The notes: a model not told the origin generated them from the sequence alone. A stretch of 49,475 nt of DNA from a virus (IMGVR_UViG_3300017700_000528:1-49475); one strand, 5' to 3'. Counted from the stretch's first letter, positions 1-9,136 are shown. Numbers and translations: made by a program.

Positions 1-123
1 CGCAAGCATATGCTGGTGCTGGCGGCGGTGTACGCGGTCGGATCGGTGACGCGCTCCCAGACTTGATGGTGCCGGATATTTTCGCGGCGCCAGGAAGATC
101 CGCCAACACGGTCGAACTGAACC
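1..123. repeat. Terminal direct repeat, left copy (circular assembly overlap)
   Basis: 1-123 is identical to 49353-49475. Confidence 0.97.
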
Positions 124-500
124 AAATCCTGAGTGCTGAATCCATTCAGGCCATGTCACAGGCGCTGAAGGGAGCGACGACCGATAAGGAAATGGGTGAG
201 TTCAAGCGGATCATGGCTGACCCGAATATCTCGGTAGAGGTCAAGCAGCGCAACCTTGATCGGATGTTGGCGAAGGCTGAAGCTAAGCGGGTCTCTCTGG
301 AGGGTCGCGTTCGCCAGATGCGTGAGGGCACGTTCTTCCGTCCTGGCGGTGGCGTCACCGGGACACCTGGCGGCCAGCAGCGCCAAGCCACAACGGCAAC
401 GGCCGGCGAAAGCAGCCCGCCAATAGCCGGTGCGCGCAAGGCTCCTGACGGGAATTGGTACGTTGAGCGCGATGGCCAGTTCTATAGGGTCGAACAATGA
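3..500 (+). CDS. C-terminal part of the putative DNA ejection protein that starts at 48599 and wraps the origin (about 417 aa)
   Basis: Frame is continuous across the terminal overlap (...ELVPQAYAGAGGG...); lies between the gp7-like and gp16-like genes. Confidence 0.7.
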   Translation, partial: QAYAGAGGGVRGRIGDALPDLMVPDIFAAPGRSANTVELNQILSAESIQAMSQALKGATTDKEMGEFKRIMADPNISVEVKQRNLDRMLAKAEAKRVSLEGRVRQMREGTFFRPGGGVTGTPGGQQRQATTATAGESSPPIAGARKAPDGNWYVERDGQFYRVEQ

Positions 501-2491
501 AGCTGACGCCCGTCGAGTCCAATCCTTTTGAGGCCAGCGCCGGCCCGCGGCTCGTTGCCGTCGAGGGAAACCCGTTCAAGGACTCGGAAGGCAACAGCAA
601 GGACAAGAAGACGAAGAAATCCGGACCTTATGGTGACGGTGCGCTGCAAACCATGAGCGACGCGACGCTCGGCATCGGGCAGGGCGTTACGATGGGCTGG
701 GGTGATGAATTGGTCGCTCTCGGCCTGACGCCGATTGAAATGGCAGTTGGTGGCTTCGAGGGCGCCCATGAGCGGGCTCTGGGGAAAGTGCGGGGTCTCA
801 ATAAGGAGGCCAAGGAGCGATCACCTGTTGCGTTCGGTACGGGTGAGGTGGTCGGCAATACGATGGTTCCGCTTGGGGCCGCTGGCGGGGCGACGCTCCC
901 CGGACGCATGGCGCGGGGCGCTGGGATTGGTGCTGGAGTTGGCGCCGTTACGGGTGCAGGCGAGGGTGAAACGCTACAGGAGCGCGGCGCTGGCGCTCTG
1001 ACCGGCGGTGCGATCGGTGCCGGTGTTGGCGTTGCTGCCCCAGCCTTGATTGAAGGTGCGATGCGCGTCGGGCAAACTGTTGCTGGCCCGATTGCCAGTG
1101 GCATTCGCGGTGCCATCAACCCGGAACAGGAAGCTGCTCGCCGGGTGGCCACTGCGCTTGAGCGTGATGTTCGCGCGGACCCCAATGCGGTTGGTCGGCT
1201 GACGCCACAAGAGTTCGCGGCGAATGCGCAGACAGGCGGGCCAGCCGTCAATATGGATTTGGGCGGGGAGTCTACCCGCGCGCTTGCTCGCTCGGCGGCT
1301 AATACGTCCCCGGAAGGCCGGGGGATGCTCAACGAGACGATCAACAATCGTTTCGAGGGGCAGGCGGCCCGCGTAACAGGATGGTTCAATAACGTCTTCA
1401 ATTACCCGAACGCCAATGCTCGACAGATTGCTATCCAGCAGGCCGCGCAACCCATCAACGCGGGTCTGTACGGCCGCGCGATGACTCAGGGCCGGTCTGG
1501 CGTTTGGAATGACGAACTTGCGGAAATGTCGAATGCGCCTGCAATGCAGGATGCCGTTCGCGCCGCAACACGGCAAGCGCAGAACCGATCGGCCCCAGAT
1601 GTCTCGCAGGGCACGCAAGCCGTTGCTGAGCGGTGGATGTCTCCAAACGGAACGCCGACGCTTGAGTTCTGGGATTTGGTCAAGAGACAGATCGATCAGG
1701 AGATAAACGTTGCCCGCCGCGCTGGTCGCAACGTTGATGTGTCCGAGTTGAGCGCGATTAAAAATCGACTTGTTCAAAACCTTGATGCGGCCGTTCCTTC
1801 CTATCAGGTAGCTCGTGGCACGGCGGCTGGCTTCTTCCAGGCAGAGAACGCCCTGGAGGCTGGCCAGAATTTCGTGATGCAGAAATTCTCCAACCGGGAG
1901 GCTCGTCAGCAACTCGCGCGGATGACCCCGGAAGAACGCCGTCTGTTTCAGGATGGTTTTGTTGACCGCTACATCCAGACGCTTGACCGCGTTGGGGATC
2001 GCCGCAGCATCATCAATAAGATTGCTGAGACTCCCGAGGCCCGCGAGAAACTGGAAATCGCACTCGGCCCGCAACGCGCTCGCGATCTTGAACTTGGCCT
2101 TCGCGTCGAAGGTATCATGGATATGGCCCGACAGGCCGTGCAGGGAAATTCAACGACGGCGCGGCAGTTAGCCGAGCTTGGGCTTGCCGGCGGTACTGGA
2201 ACTCTCGGGGCTTACGGAGCCTATAGCCTTGACCCCGCTCAGATGACCACTGCTGCCGTCATGGGTGCCGCCCTCGCGGGGCGGCGTAACATCGATCAGC
2301 GTGTCGCCCAGCGTGTCGCTCAGCTCCTCACGTCCAACGACCCGGCCCTTGTAACCCGCGGCTTCCAACTCATCGCGAATAACCGTCGCCTCGCGGACAA
2401 CCTGCGGGCCACTGACCGGCGCATCCTCGCCACGACCAGCCAGCAACTCGCCGGGCAACCGAACCAAGATCCCGTACAGCAAGAGCGCTGA
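497..2491 (+). CDS. Large internal virion/DNA ejection protein (P22 gp16 position)
   Basis: 664 aa, Ala/Gly-rich with GAxxGA hydrophobic stretches; last of three such genes after the gp10-like gene. Confidence 0.7.
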   Translation: MKLTPVESNPFEASAGPRLVAVEGNPFKDSEGNSKDKKTKKSGPYGDGALQTMSDATLGIGQGVTMGWGDELVALGLTPIEMAVGGFEGAHERALGKVRGLNKEAKERSPVAFGTGEVVGNTMVPLGAAGGATLPGRMARGAGIGAGVGAVTGAGEGETLQERGAGALTGGAIGAGVGVAAPALIEGAMRVGQTVAGPIASGIRGAINPEQEAARRVATALERDVRADPNAVGRLTPQEFAANAQTGGPAVNMDLGGESTRALARSAANTSPEGRGMLNETINNRFEGQAARVTGWFNNVFNYPNANARQIAIQQAAQPINAGLYGRAMTQGRSGVWNDELAEMSNAPAMQDAVRAATRQAQNRSAPDVSQGTQAVAERWMSPNGTPTLEFWDLVKRQIDQEINVARRAGRNVDVSELSAIKNRLVQNLDAAVPSYQVARGTAAGFFQAENALEAGQNFVMQKFSNREARQQLARMTPEERRLFQDGFVDRYIQTLDRVGDRRSIINKIAETPEAREKLEIALGPQRARDLELGLRVEGIMDMARQAVQGNSTTARQLAELGLAGGTGTLGAYGAYSLDPAQMTTAAVMGAALAGRRNIDQRVAQRVAQLLTSNDPALVTRGFQLIANNRRLADNLRATDRRILATTSQQLAGQPNQDPVQQER

Positions 2492-2620
2492 AACCCAGAA
2501 CCACAATCCAAATCCAAGGATAAGAAATGTCGGGATCAGCGCGCAAATGAAGATAGCAACGAACGGCGCCATTCGCCCGAATATCGGTTCTTTGCGCGGT
2601 GGCTCTATGAGCTTCGGCAT
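2168..2620 (-). CDS. Antisense membrane protein, possible superinfection-exclusion moron
   Basis: AAGGA upstream of ATG; hydrophobic N-terminal segment; 3' part overlaps the ejection gene. Confidence 0.45.
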   Translation of the reverse strand: MPKLIEPPRKEPIFGRMAPFVAIFICALIPTFLILGFGLWFWVSALLLYGILVRLPGELLAGRGEDAPVSGPQVVREATVIRDELEAAGYKGRVVGREELSDTLGDTLIDVTPPREGGTHDGSSGHLSGVKAIGSVSPESSSTAGKPKLG

Positions 2621-2658
2621 CCGTCCTTAGTACCCCTGCCCACCAAAAGGTTCAAACG

Positions 2659-2686
2659 ACCCGCCCGGTTTGGCGGGTTTTTCTTT
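2659..2686 (+). terminator. Rho-independent terminator
   Basis: ACCCGCC-cggttt-GGCGGGT stem followed by TTTTCTTT. Confidence 0.75.
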
Positions 2687-2696
2687 GGGAAAATCA

Positions 2697-4139
2697 ATGA
2701 CGAATAGGTTCCAACACCCGCGACCGCAATTTATGAACTCAACGCCAACGGTCTATTCTGGCGGGACGTTGAATTTCTACATCACCGGGACCAGCACCCC
2801 GAAGAACGTCTATTCCGACGCGGCCCTGTCCACGTCGATCGGCGCGGAGCTGACGCTGAACTCGGCCGGCTACTACGCGGGGGAAATCTTCCTCGCGATC
2901 GATGCCGCCTACAAGGTCGTCCTTGAGGACTCTGCCGGCAGCGTCGTGTGGACGGCCGACCCCGTTTCAGCTTCCGGCTTTTCGGACAGCGCGCAGTTCC
3001 TGACCTACGCCGGCAATCCGAATGGAAATGTCGCTGGCACAGCAGGCTCTGGAACGATCCAGTCGGATGTCCTCTGGGATCGCACCAACGATATCCTGTA
3101 CGTCTGTACGACCTCCGGCGCTGCCGCCGATGCGGTATGGACTGCCGTCAATGCCAGCGCGACGACGCCTGCCGTCCCCATTCCGCAAGGCCGACTGACC
3201 ATGACCAGCGCGACGCCGGTTCTCGCGGCCGACGTATCGGCCGGAACGGCGGTCTACTACGCGCTCTATAACGGAAACCTCGTCCCGATCTACAACGGGA
3301 CAACGATGGTCCCGACCGAGTTCACGGAACTTACGCTGACCCTCGTAGCCTCGCACGCCGCCAACCAACTATACGATGTGTTCGTGTTCTCGAACTCTGG
3401 CGTGCTGACGCTCGCGACGGGACCAGCCTGGGGAACGGCTACGGCGGGAAGCGGGGCGCGCGGTACGGGGGCGGGGACGACAGAGCTGGAGCGCGTCAAG
3501 GGCCTGTGGGTCAACAAGGTTCAAATCACGGGCCGCAATGGATCGACGACCTACACCATTGCAGCTAACCGCGCGACCTATCTTGGCTCAATCGCAATGG
3601 ACGGCACGAATGGGCAACTGACTTGCCATGTCTCTTGGGGGTCAGCGCGGAAGGGAGGTGTTTGGAACGCCTATAACCGCGTTCCGATCACATTGAAGGC
3701 AGGAGACTCGACTGCTTCTTGGACCTACGACACGAACACAATACGCGCATCGAATGGTTCATCAGATAACAAAGCAACAACGCTTTGCGGACTTGCGGAA
3801 GAAATTATCGAATGCGTCTTTGAGCAGAACGTCGATATCGGAAGTCCAGCAGCAACGACGGCCGTTCAACAGCAATCAAAGAACGGCATCGGCGTGAACT
3901 CAACGACAGCGCAAAGCGGTCGCATGGGAGTCGGACGATCTTATGGCACTACCAGTGCGGGCGGCAATTTGGGTTATCAGAACGGCCAGTGTTTGATCGC
4001 TCGGCATCACGTTGCACCGTCAATCGGCATCCAGAATATCCAGGCGCTGGAAACAACCACTGTCGATCAGGCCAACCATAACACAACTTGGTACGGCGGC
4101 GAAGACGACATGATGCTGATGGTGAAGTGGAACGGCTGA
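2697..4139 (+). CDS. Tail fibre/spike protein with head-binding-like N-terminus
   Basis: N-terminal PQF..SGGTLNFYITGTSTPKNVYSD..LNSAG..YKVVLEDSAG pattern typical of podoviral spike anchors; Thr/Gly/Ala-rich; ATG 2697 preferred. Confidence 0.75.
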   Translation: MTNRFQHPRPQFMNSTPTVYSGGTLNFYITGTSTPKNVYSDAALSTSIGAELTLNSAGYYAGEIFLAIDAAYKVVLEDSAGSVVWTADPVSASGFSDSAQFLTYAGNPNGNVAGTAGSGTIQSDVLWDRTNDILYVCTTSGAAADAVWTAVNASATTPAVPIPQGRLTMTSATPVLAADVSAGTAVYYALYNGNLVPIYNGTTMVPTEFTELTLTLVASHAANQLYDVFVFSNSGVLTLATGPAWGTATAGSGARGTGAGTTELERVKGLWVNKVQITGRNGSTTYTIAANRATYLGSIAMDGTNGQLTCHVSWGSARKGGVWNAYNRVPITLKAGDSTASWTYDTNTIRASNGSSDNKATTLCGLAEEIIECVFEQNVDIGSPAATTAVQQQSKNGIGVNSTTAQSGRMGVGRSYGTTSAGGNLGYQNGQCLIARHHVAPSIGIQNIQALETTTVDQANHNTTWYGGEDDMMLMVKWNG

Positions 4140-4143
4140 CCAC

Positions 4144-4431
4144 ATGCCCATCCTAGCACTAATCGCCTTCCTGTTGTCAGGGGGTCTAACCGCTCACGCC
4201 CATGAGGCCGTCACAGGATGGGCGTATCCCACGGCATGTTGTTCTGACGGCGATTGTGCACATGCAACGGCAGCAATCCGCAATCCTGACGGCTCTCTGA
4301 CCGTCACCACGAAGCACGGCACGGCAACCTTCCCGGCATCGTTCAAGCATGAGGACAGCCCTGATGGGCTTATCCATGCGTGCTTCACGCCGTCGAAATT
4401 GTACTGCCTCTATCTCGGAACTGGAATCTAA
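4144..4431 (+). CDS. Small secreted Cys-rich protein
   Basis: Signal peptide ending AHA; GWAYPTACCSDGDC and HACF...YCLY motifs. Confidence 0.7.
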   Translation: MPILALIAFLLSGGLTAHAHEAVTGWAYPTACCSDGDCAHATAAIRNPDGSLTVTTKHGTATFPASFKHEDSPDGLIHACFTPSKLYCLYLGTGI

Positions 4432-4434
4432 ACG

Positions 4435-5721
4435 ATGGCGAAATGGCCGCGTGACAATCAAGCCGACTTGATCAAGTTCTACGGTGATCCGGGCTCTGGC
4501 TCGATGGCGCTGAACTTGGTGAAGGTCACGCCGCCGTTCCGCATGACCTATGAGGGGAAGCCGGTCGCCGCCCTGACGTTCCACAAGTTGGCAGCACCAG
4601 CGCTTGAGCGCGCCCTGAACCGCGTCTGGGACTACTACGGCCGCGACCAGAAGAAGATCGACGCGCTCGGCATCTCCAAGACCGCCGGAACCTATAACCC
4701 GCGCTTCATTCGGGGCAGCACGTCTAAATGGTCGAACCACGCCTATGGCGCGGCGATCGACATCAACGCTGAGGAAAACGGCTTCAACGTCGCGGGCAAT
4801 ATCCCGGTCGCGATGATTGCGGCCTTCAAGGCCGAGGGAGCCCGCTGGGGCGGCGATTACAAGGGCCGCACCGATCCCATGCATTTCGAGTTCTGCGAGT
4901 CCGGCGAGCCTGTGCGGACGTTTGAGCAATGGCTGGAGTTCTACGGCCACAAGGGGGGCGGGACGGCACCGGCTACGCTCCCGGCGCCCAAGCCAGTCAC
5001 CGCCGACATGCGCAAGCGGATGGCAAAGAAGATCATCAAATTCGAGGGGCGGTTTGTGAACGGCAAACTGGCCGTCTACAGCCCACCGGCCAATGACGGG
5101 GGCGGGGCCTACGAGGTTGCCGGCATCAACGTCACCTATCACCCGGCGATGGCCGCGCGGCTCCGCGATCTGATCAATGCGGGGAAGGCTGACCAGGCAG
5201 AGAATGAAGCGGCGGACTACCTGATCGACTACACCAAGGCCGCCGCCGGCTGGACGCCCTACGCCGGGCCTGAGTTCTATCTGCGTGACAGCATCTTCAA
5301 CCGTGGGCCGACAGGCGCCGCGAAAATCTTGCAACGCTCGATCGGCGCTGTCTCAGACGGCGAGATAGGCCCCCAGACCCGCGCCGCGATGGCGAAGCTC
5401 ACGCCCGACCAGCTTCTGACCATGCTCCGCGCCGGACGCGAGGACTACGAGCGCAACGTCGTCGGCTATCGCGCCAACTTCTGGAAAGGCTTGGTCAGCC
5501 GCTGGGACAAGGCGCTGGTTGCCGCGCGTGAGTTCCAGAAGGAGCAGGACAGCACATTCCCGGTCAAGACAACCATCGGAGTCGGCGCGGGCGGTGCCGC
5601 TGCTGTGGTCGCCTACACCTTCTGGGACTGGATCACGTCGCACATCATTCCGTCCGTCATCATCGCGGGCGGCGTTCTTGCCCTTGTCATTCTCATCATC
5701 CGAAAGATCAGAGGAAGCTAA
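4435..5721 (+). CDS. Endolysin: M15 peptidase + GH108-like/PG-binding domain + C-terminal TM segments
   Basis: R..SNHAYGAAIDIN and DPMHFE (M15); FEG..DGGG..GI, D..FNRGP..LQR..DGEIGPQT and FWKGLVSRW (GH108-like); hydrophobic tail. Confidence 0.85.
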   Translation: MAKWPRDNQADLIKFYGDPGSGSMALNLVKVTPPFRMTYEGKPVAALTFHKLAAPALERALNRVWDYYGRDQKKIDALGISKTAGTYNPRFIRGSTSKWSNHAYGAAIDINAEENGFNVAGNIPVAMIAAFKAEGARWGGDYKGRTDPMHFEFCESGEPVRTFEQWLEFYGHKGGGTAPATLPAPKPVTADMRKRMAKKIIKFEGRFVNGKLAVYSPPANDGGGAYEVAGINVTYHPAMAARLRDLINAGKADQAENEAADYLIDYTKAAAGWTPYAGPEFYLRDSIFNRGPTGAAKILQRSIGAVSDGEIGPQTRAAMAKLTPDQLLTMLRAGREDYERNVVGYRANFWKGLVSRWDKALVAAREFQKEQDSTFPVKTTIGVGAGGAAAVVAYTFWDWITSHIIPSVIIAGGVLALVILIIRKIRGS

Positions 5722-5840
5722 TGGAAACGCTCAAGTCAATCGGTAACGGCGTTGTTTCAGCAGTTCGATCATACCCGAAGGGTGCGTTGATTTTGTGGGG
5801 CGTATCGCTCGTCGTTGTCATTATCGGAATGTGGGGCTGA
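5721..5840 (+). CDS. 39-aa membrane peptide
   Basis: METLKSIG...LWGVSLVVVIIGMWG; TAATG overlap with the endolysin stop. Confidence 0.6.
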   Translation: METLKSIGNGVVSAVRSYPKGALILWGVSLVVVIIGMWG

Positions 5841-5843
5841 CGC

Positions 5844-6344
5844 ATGGAGATCGTCGTCGGCCTTCTAGTCTTCATCTCGCTTGTCTCAATCTACGCTGTC
5901 CTGATCCGGCCGTGGCTGCGTAAAAAGGAATGGGCTCAAGGGTTCTTCGCCAACCCCGTGGTCGAGTGGATGGAAATCCATTTCTGGCGGAAGTCAGAAA
6001 CCGTCCTTGTCGCGCGGGCCTTCCAGTTGGTGGGGGTCATCGGTGCCACCGCCGGCTATCTCGGCGGCATCGATTACTCGATCTTCGCGCTGATCGTTCC
6101 CGAGGCGTGGCAACCGTTCCTCCCACTGCTCCCGACCCTATTCAATGCGTTGGGCGCAATGATGTCCGCGCTTCGCCGGGACACCACCTTGCCGCTTGAG
6201 GTCGTCGAGCTACCGCAGGTCGTCTCGCAAAAGGTCGCCGTCGCCATCGAGAAACTGGACGAGGCAAAGCACGAGGCCGTGGCCGCCGTTCAGAAGGAGA
6301 CCGACCGCGATAGCGTTCTGACCCCGACAAGGGAGCAGCCTTGA
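5844..6344 (+). CDS. Multi-TM protein, holin candidate
   Basis: About 3 hydrophobic segments and a charged C-terminus; lysis cassette. Confidence 0.6.
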   Translation: MEIVVGLLVFISLVSIYAVLIRPWLRKKEWAQGFFANPVVEWMEIHFWRKSETVLVARAFQLVGVIGATAGYLGGIDYSIFALIVPEAWQPFLPLLPTLFNALGAMMSALRRDTTLPLEVVELPQVVSQKVAVAIEKLDEAKHEAVAAVQKETDRDSVLTPTREQP

Positions 6345-6445
6345 TGGAGGTCGTCTTTATCATTCTCGGCATCTTGATCGCGCTCGCGGTGATTGCCGTG
6401 TTTGCCTTCATTCGTTTCATCAAGAATCCAGCATCGGGGCGATAA
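6344..6445 (+). CDS. 33-aa membrane peptide
   Basis: MEVVFIILGILIALAVIAVFAFIRFIKNPASGR; GGGAG RBS, TGATG overlap. Confidence 0.6.
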   Translation: MEVVFIILGILIALAVIAVFAFIRFIKNPASGR

Positions 6446-6447
6446 CA

Positions 6448-6747
6448 ATGCTTGATTGGCTCGGCATCCCGGCAATGTGGGATCAGGTCGTTGACTTCTT
6501 CACGATCTCGGCGTTCTGGCTCTACCTGCTGTATGCGATCGGGATCGGCGCTGGCCTGATCTTCCTTGGCTGGGTATTCCCGCCGCTGCGCACGTTCGCG
6601 GGCGCGATCGTCATCGCCATGGGCGTCGGCCTGTTCGGCTATCGCAGGGGCGAGAAAGATGCAGAGGCCCGACAGAAGGCCAAGGAGGCGCGCGAGCGTC
6701 AACGCCAAGCCAGGCCCACGTCAGACCCATGGACGTGGCGATGGTGA
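6448..6747 (+). CDS. Two-TM membrane protein
   Basis: Two hydrophobic segments and a basic C-terminus. Confidence 0.65.
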   Translation: MLDWLGIPAMWDQVVDFFTISAFWLYLLYAIGIGAGLIFLGWVFPPLRTFAGAIVIAMGVGLFGYRRGEKDAEARQKAKEARERQRQARPTSDPWTWRW

Positions 6748-7184
6748 GCAGCAACGACGGTAACGATCCATCCTTCGGCAAGGCGCAAGAGCGCTACGGC
6801 GCAGCCATTATCGGCATCATCCTCGGCATCTTCACGATCCTCTGTATCGTCGAGGCTCGTGGAGAATCCGGCATCGCATCGGTCTACACCACCAAGCACG
6901 GGATCAAGACCGCCAGCGGGAGGCGATTGAACGACGGCGCATTCACGGCGGCGCATAAGACCCTGCCTTTCGGCACCATGGTCCGCGTCACCAACAAGCG
7001 GAATGGCCGGTCTGTCGTCGTGACGATTACGGATCGCGGGCCGTACAAGCCGGGACGCATTATCGATCTGACGATGGCCGGCGCCAATGCGATCGGCATG
7101 GGATACGGGATCGCCCCGGTTGTCGTTGAACTGGTGGGGTGTGAGAAGCCGCGCGTTACGGGCGCCGCCTTAGTGGGCTGCTGA
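6729..7184 (+). CDS. rlpA: RlpA-like lytic transglycosylase (DPBB domain) with N-terminal TM
   Basis: GIASVY, TASG, TAAHKTLPFGT, VVVTITDRGPY and IIDLT motifs; start may be 6741. Confidence 0.88.
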   Translation: MDVAMVSSNDGNDPSFGKAQERYGAAIIGIILGIFTILCIVEARGESGIASVYTTKHGIKTASGRRLNDGAFTAAHKTLPFGTMVRVTNKRNGRSVVVTITDRGPYKPGRIIDLTMAGANAIGMGYGIAPVVVELVGCEKPRVTGAALVGC

Positions 7185-7185
7185 C

Positions 7186-7563
7186 GTGGCCGATAGCGTT
7201 CCGCTCCGGGAGTATTTCGAGGCGCTGCGATCGGCCGACGATCGACGCTATGCCGAGGTTGCTGCCGAGCGCGAGAAGGCGCTGAAGATCAAGGAGACTG
7301 CGGACGAAAAGGCGCTTGATCTGGCCCGCATAATCCAGACTTACAAGGACGAGAAGGCCAACGAGCTGCGCGAGCAGATCAACAGCGAGCGTGGCTCGTA
7401 TGTCACCAACAAGGATTTTGAGGTCGTCAAGTCTTACATGGCCAGCCAGACCGGCCGTTCAACCGGCATCGGGTCGGTTGGCGCGGTTGTTCTTGGCGTG
7501 TGCGTTGCGTTGTCAACTCTCGTATCCGCTACGTCGCTGTTCGTCGCGCTGACCCGCCAGTAA
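7186..7563 (+). CDS. Coiled-coil protein with C-terminal TM
   Basis: Charged helical body and hydrophobic tail; lysis region. Confidence 0.65.
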   Translation: MADSVPLREYFEALRSADDRRYAEVAAEREKALKIKETADEKALDLARIIQTYKDEKANELREQINSERGSYVTNKDFEVVKSYMASQTGRSTGIGSVGAVVLGVCVALSTLVSATSLFVALTRQ

Positions 7564-7582
7564 ACCAACGATAGGAAACGCC

Positions 7583-7786
7583 ATGCCTAGTCTGATCATC
7601 AATATCATCATCATCATGCTTGTGTGCGGATTCATCTACTGGGTCTATCTCAAGCTGATCCCGCTCGCACCAATCGCAGAGCCGTTCAAGTCGATCATGA
7701 ACGTCCTTGTGGTGATCCTGATCGGCGCGATTATCCTGTTCTACGCGATCATTCCACTGCTGAAAGCGCTGCCCAGACTGCTTTAG
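7583..7786 (+). CDS. Small two-TM protein
   Basis: AGGA RBS; highly hydrophobic 67 aa. Confidence 0.7.
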   Translation: MPSLIINIIIIMLVCGFIYWVYLKLIPLAPIAEPFKSIMNVLVVILIGAIILFYAIIPLLKALPRLL

Positions 7787-7961
7787 CGACGCCGCCCGCG
7801 CAGCCACCATCCGAGCAGTATCGCGACGATGATGGTTGCGCCCCACAGGGCGACGTACTCGGCCGGAATGGTGCTTGTGAACGTCATGACCCCCTCCCCA
7901 GAGTTTCACCCCATGATGCTATCCCGCGCGATGAACGGCGCCAACCCCCGGAAGACCGCAA

Positions 7962-8312
7962 ATGATCTTGGCGCAAGTGAGCGGTATGAACTTCTCCTGG
8001 GACTTTAACACCGCGACACTGTTGGGGATTGGGACGCAAATCGTCATCCTCATCGTGTTTCTTGTGAAGACGAACGGCAAAGCGAACGAAGCGCTTAAAT
8101 GCGCTGAAGCGGCCCAAGTCGATATCGAAAAGCTCGCTACGCAGGTTGCCGCTCTGACCGGGAACCTATCTCTGCTCCGGGAACAGGTTGCCCGCGAGCA
8201 CCCTGACCACGACGCCTTGGCAGCCATGGAAAAGAGACTAACCCGCGAAATTCACCGACTTGCGGACCGCCTCGACAAGCCAGCGCGCAAATCCACGGAC
8301 GATGATGACTGA
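7962..8312 (+). CDS. N-terminal TM + coiled-coil protein (holin/spanin-like)
   Basis: Single TM then heptad-like region; last rightward gene. Confidence 0.6.
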   Translation: MILAQVSGMNFSWDFNTATLLGIGTQIVILIVFLVKTNGKANEALKCAEAAQVDIEKLATQVAALTGNLSLLREQVAREHPDHDALAAMEKRLTREIHRLADRLDKPARKSTDDDD

Positions 8313-8383
8313 AATCAGCCTAAAATGATGTTCAATTTTGAACACTCTGGCGGCGTTACCATTCGCTTATCAGTATCGCTTTT

Positions 8384-8695
8384 TCAGAACGGAATGTCGT
8401 CATCAACCGCGGCGGCCTTTCGGCGGCGCCAGGACAAGCGCAGGCCATAAAGCCACTCGCGAAAGCGGTTCCAAGGCCGCTGATGTTCGGCCTCCCATTC
8501 ATGGTACCGGCGGTGACGCTCGATCTCGGCCTCGATCTCTGCCGGGCTTTGCCACCAAGAATATCCGCACATGCTGCAACTGGCGCGGCCGGTGAGGATG
8601 TCGGAATCGTAGTCCTCGTGGTCGCATTCATCTTCCCGGTCGTCGTCCATGCAACTGCATTCTTGGGCCGTCGCGCAGCAATCGTTCGGGAACAT
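8384..8695 (-). CDS. Hypothetical Cys-rich protein
   Basis: CxH and CxxC motifs; DDDIPF C-terminus. Confidence 0.55.
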   Translation of the reverse strand: MFPNDCCATAQECSCMDDDREDECDHEDYDSDILTGRASCSMCGYSWWQSPAEIEAEIERHRRYHEWEAEHQRPWNRFREWLYGLRLSWRRRKAAAVDDDIPF

Positions 8696-8896
8696 CTATC
8701 TCTCCTTCGGACGTGCTAACTGCTCATTAGCGATGCTTTCCAAATCGGCATCCAGCCGCTGGGCCATCCGCTTTATCAATTCCCCCAACGCCTGAGCCCC
8801 GTCAGGATTCCATGTCGCGTTCATGCCAAGTTTGCTCGCAAGTTCACACTTGGCGATAATAGGCGCAACAATTTCGGACCACGTCGGCTCTGGCAT
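8696..8896 (-). CDS. Hypothetical protein
   Basis: Tightly packed leftward ORF chain. Confidence 0.55.
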   Translation of the reverse strand: MPEPTWSEIVAPIIAKCELASKLGMNATWNPDGAQALGELIKRMAQRLDADLESIANEQLARPKER

Positions 8897-8902
8897 GGCT
8901 GT

Positions 8903-9136
8903 TCAGGTATCCATGCCGCCGGTGTCCGCATCCTTCAGGGCGCGGGCGGCAAGCTCGGCCCAGAAGTACGCCATCGGCGTGCTCAGGAACCGCTCGTCGT
9001 CCATCCATTTTGCCCAGATAATGCGAGCAACCGCCGCCACTTCGTCATCCTGCTCCATTGTGGGAGTCTTGTCGCGCCGACGAAGCGGGGTGGCCTTGAT
9101 GACCCGTTCCCAGCGGGTGAAAAAGCTCTCAACCAT
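8903..9136 (-). CDS. Hypothetical protein
   Basis: GGAGG RBS; overlaps the upstream stop. Confidence 0.6.
   Translation of the reverse strand: MVESFFTRWERVIKATPLRRRDKTPTMEQDDEVAAVARIIWAKWMDDERFLSTPMAYFWAELAARALKDADTGGMDT

Noticed and set aside
2697-4139. Diversity-generating retroelement target
   Set aside because: No reverse transcriptase and no template/variable repeat pair seen.
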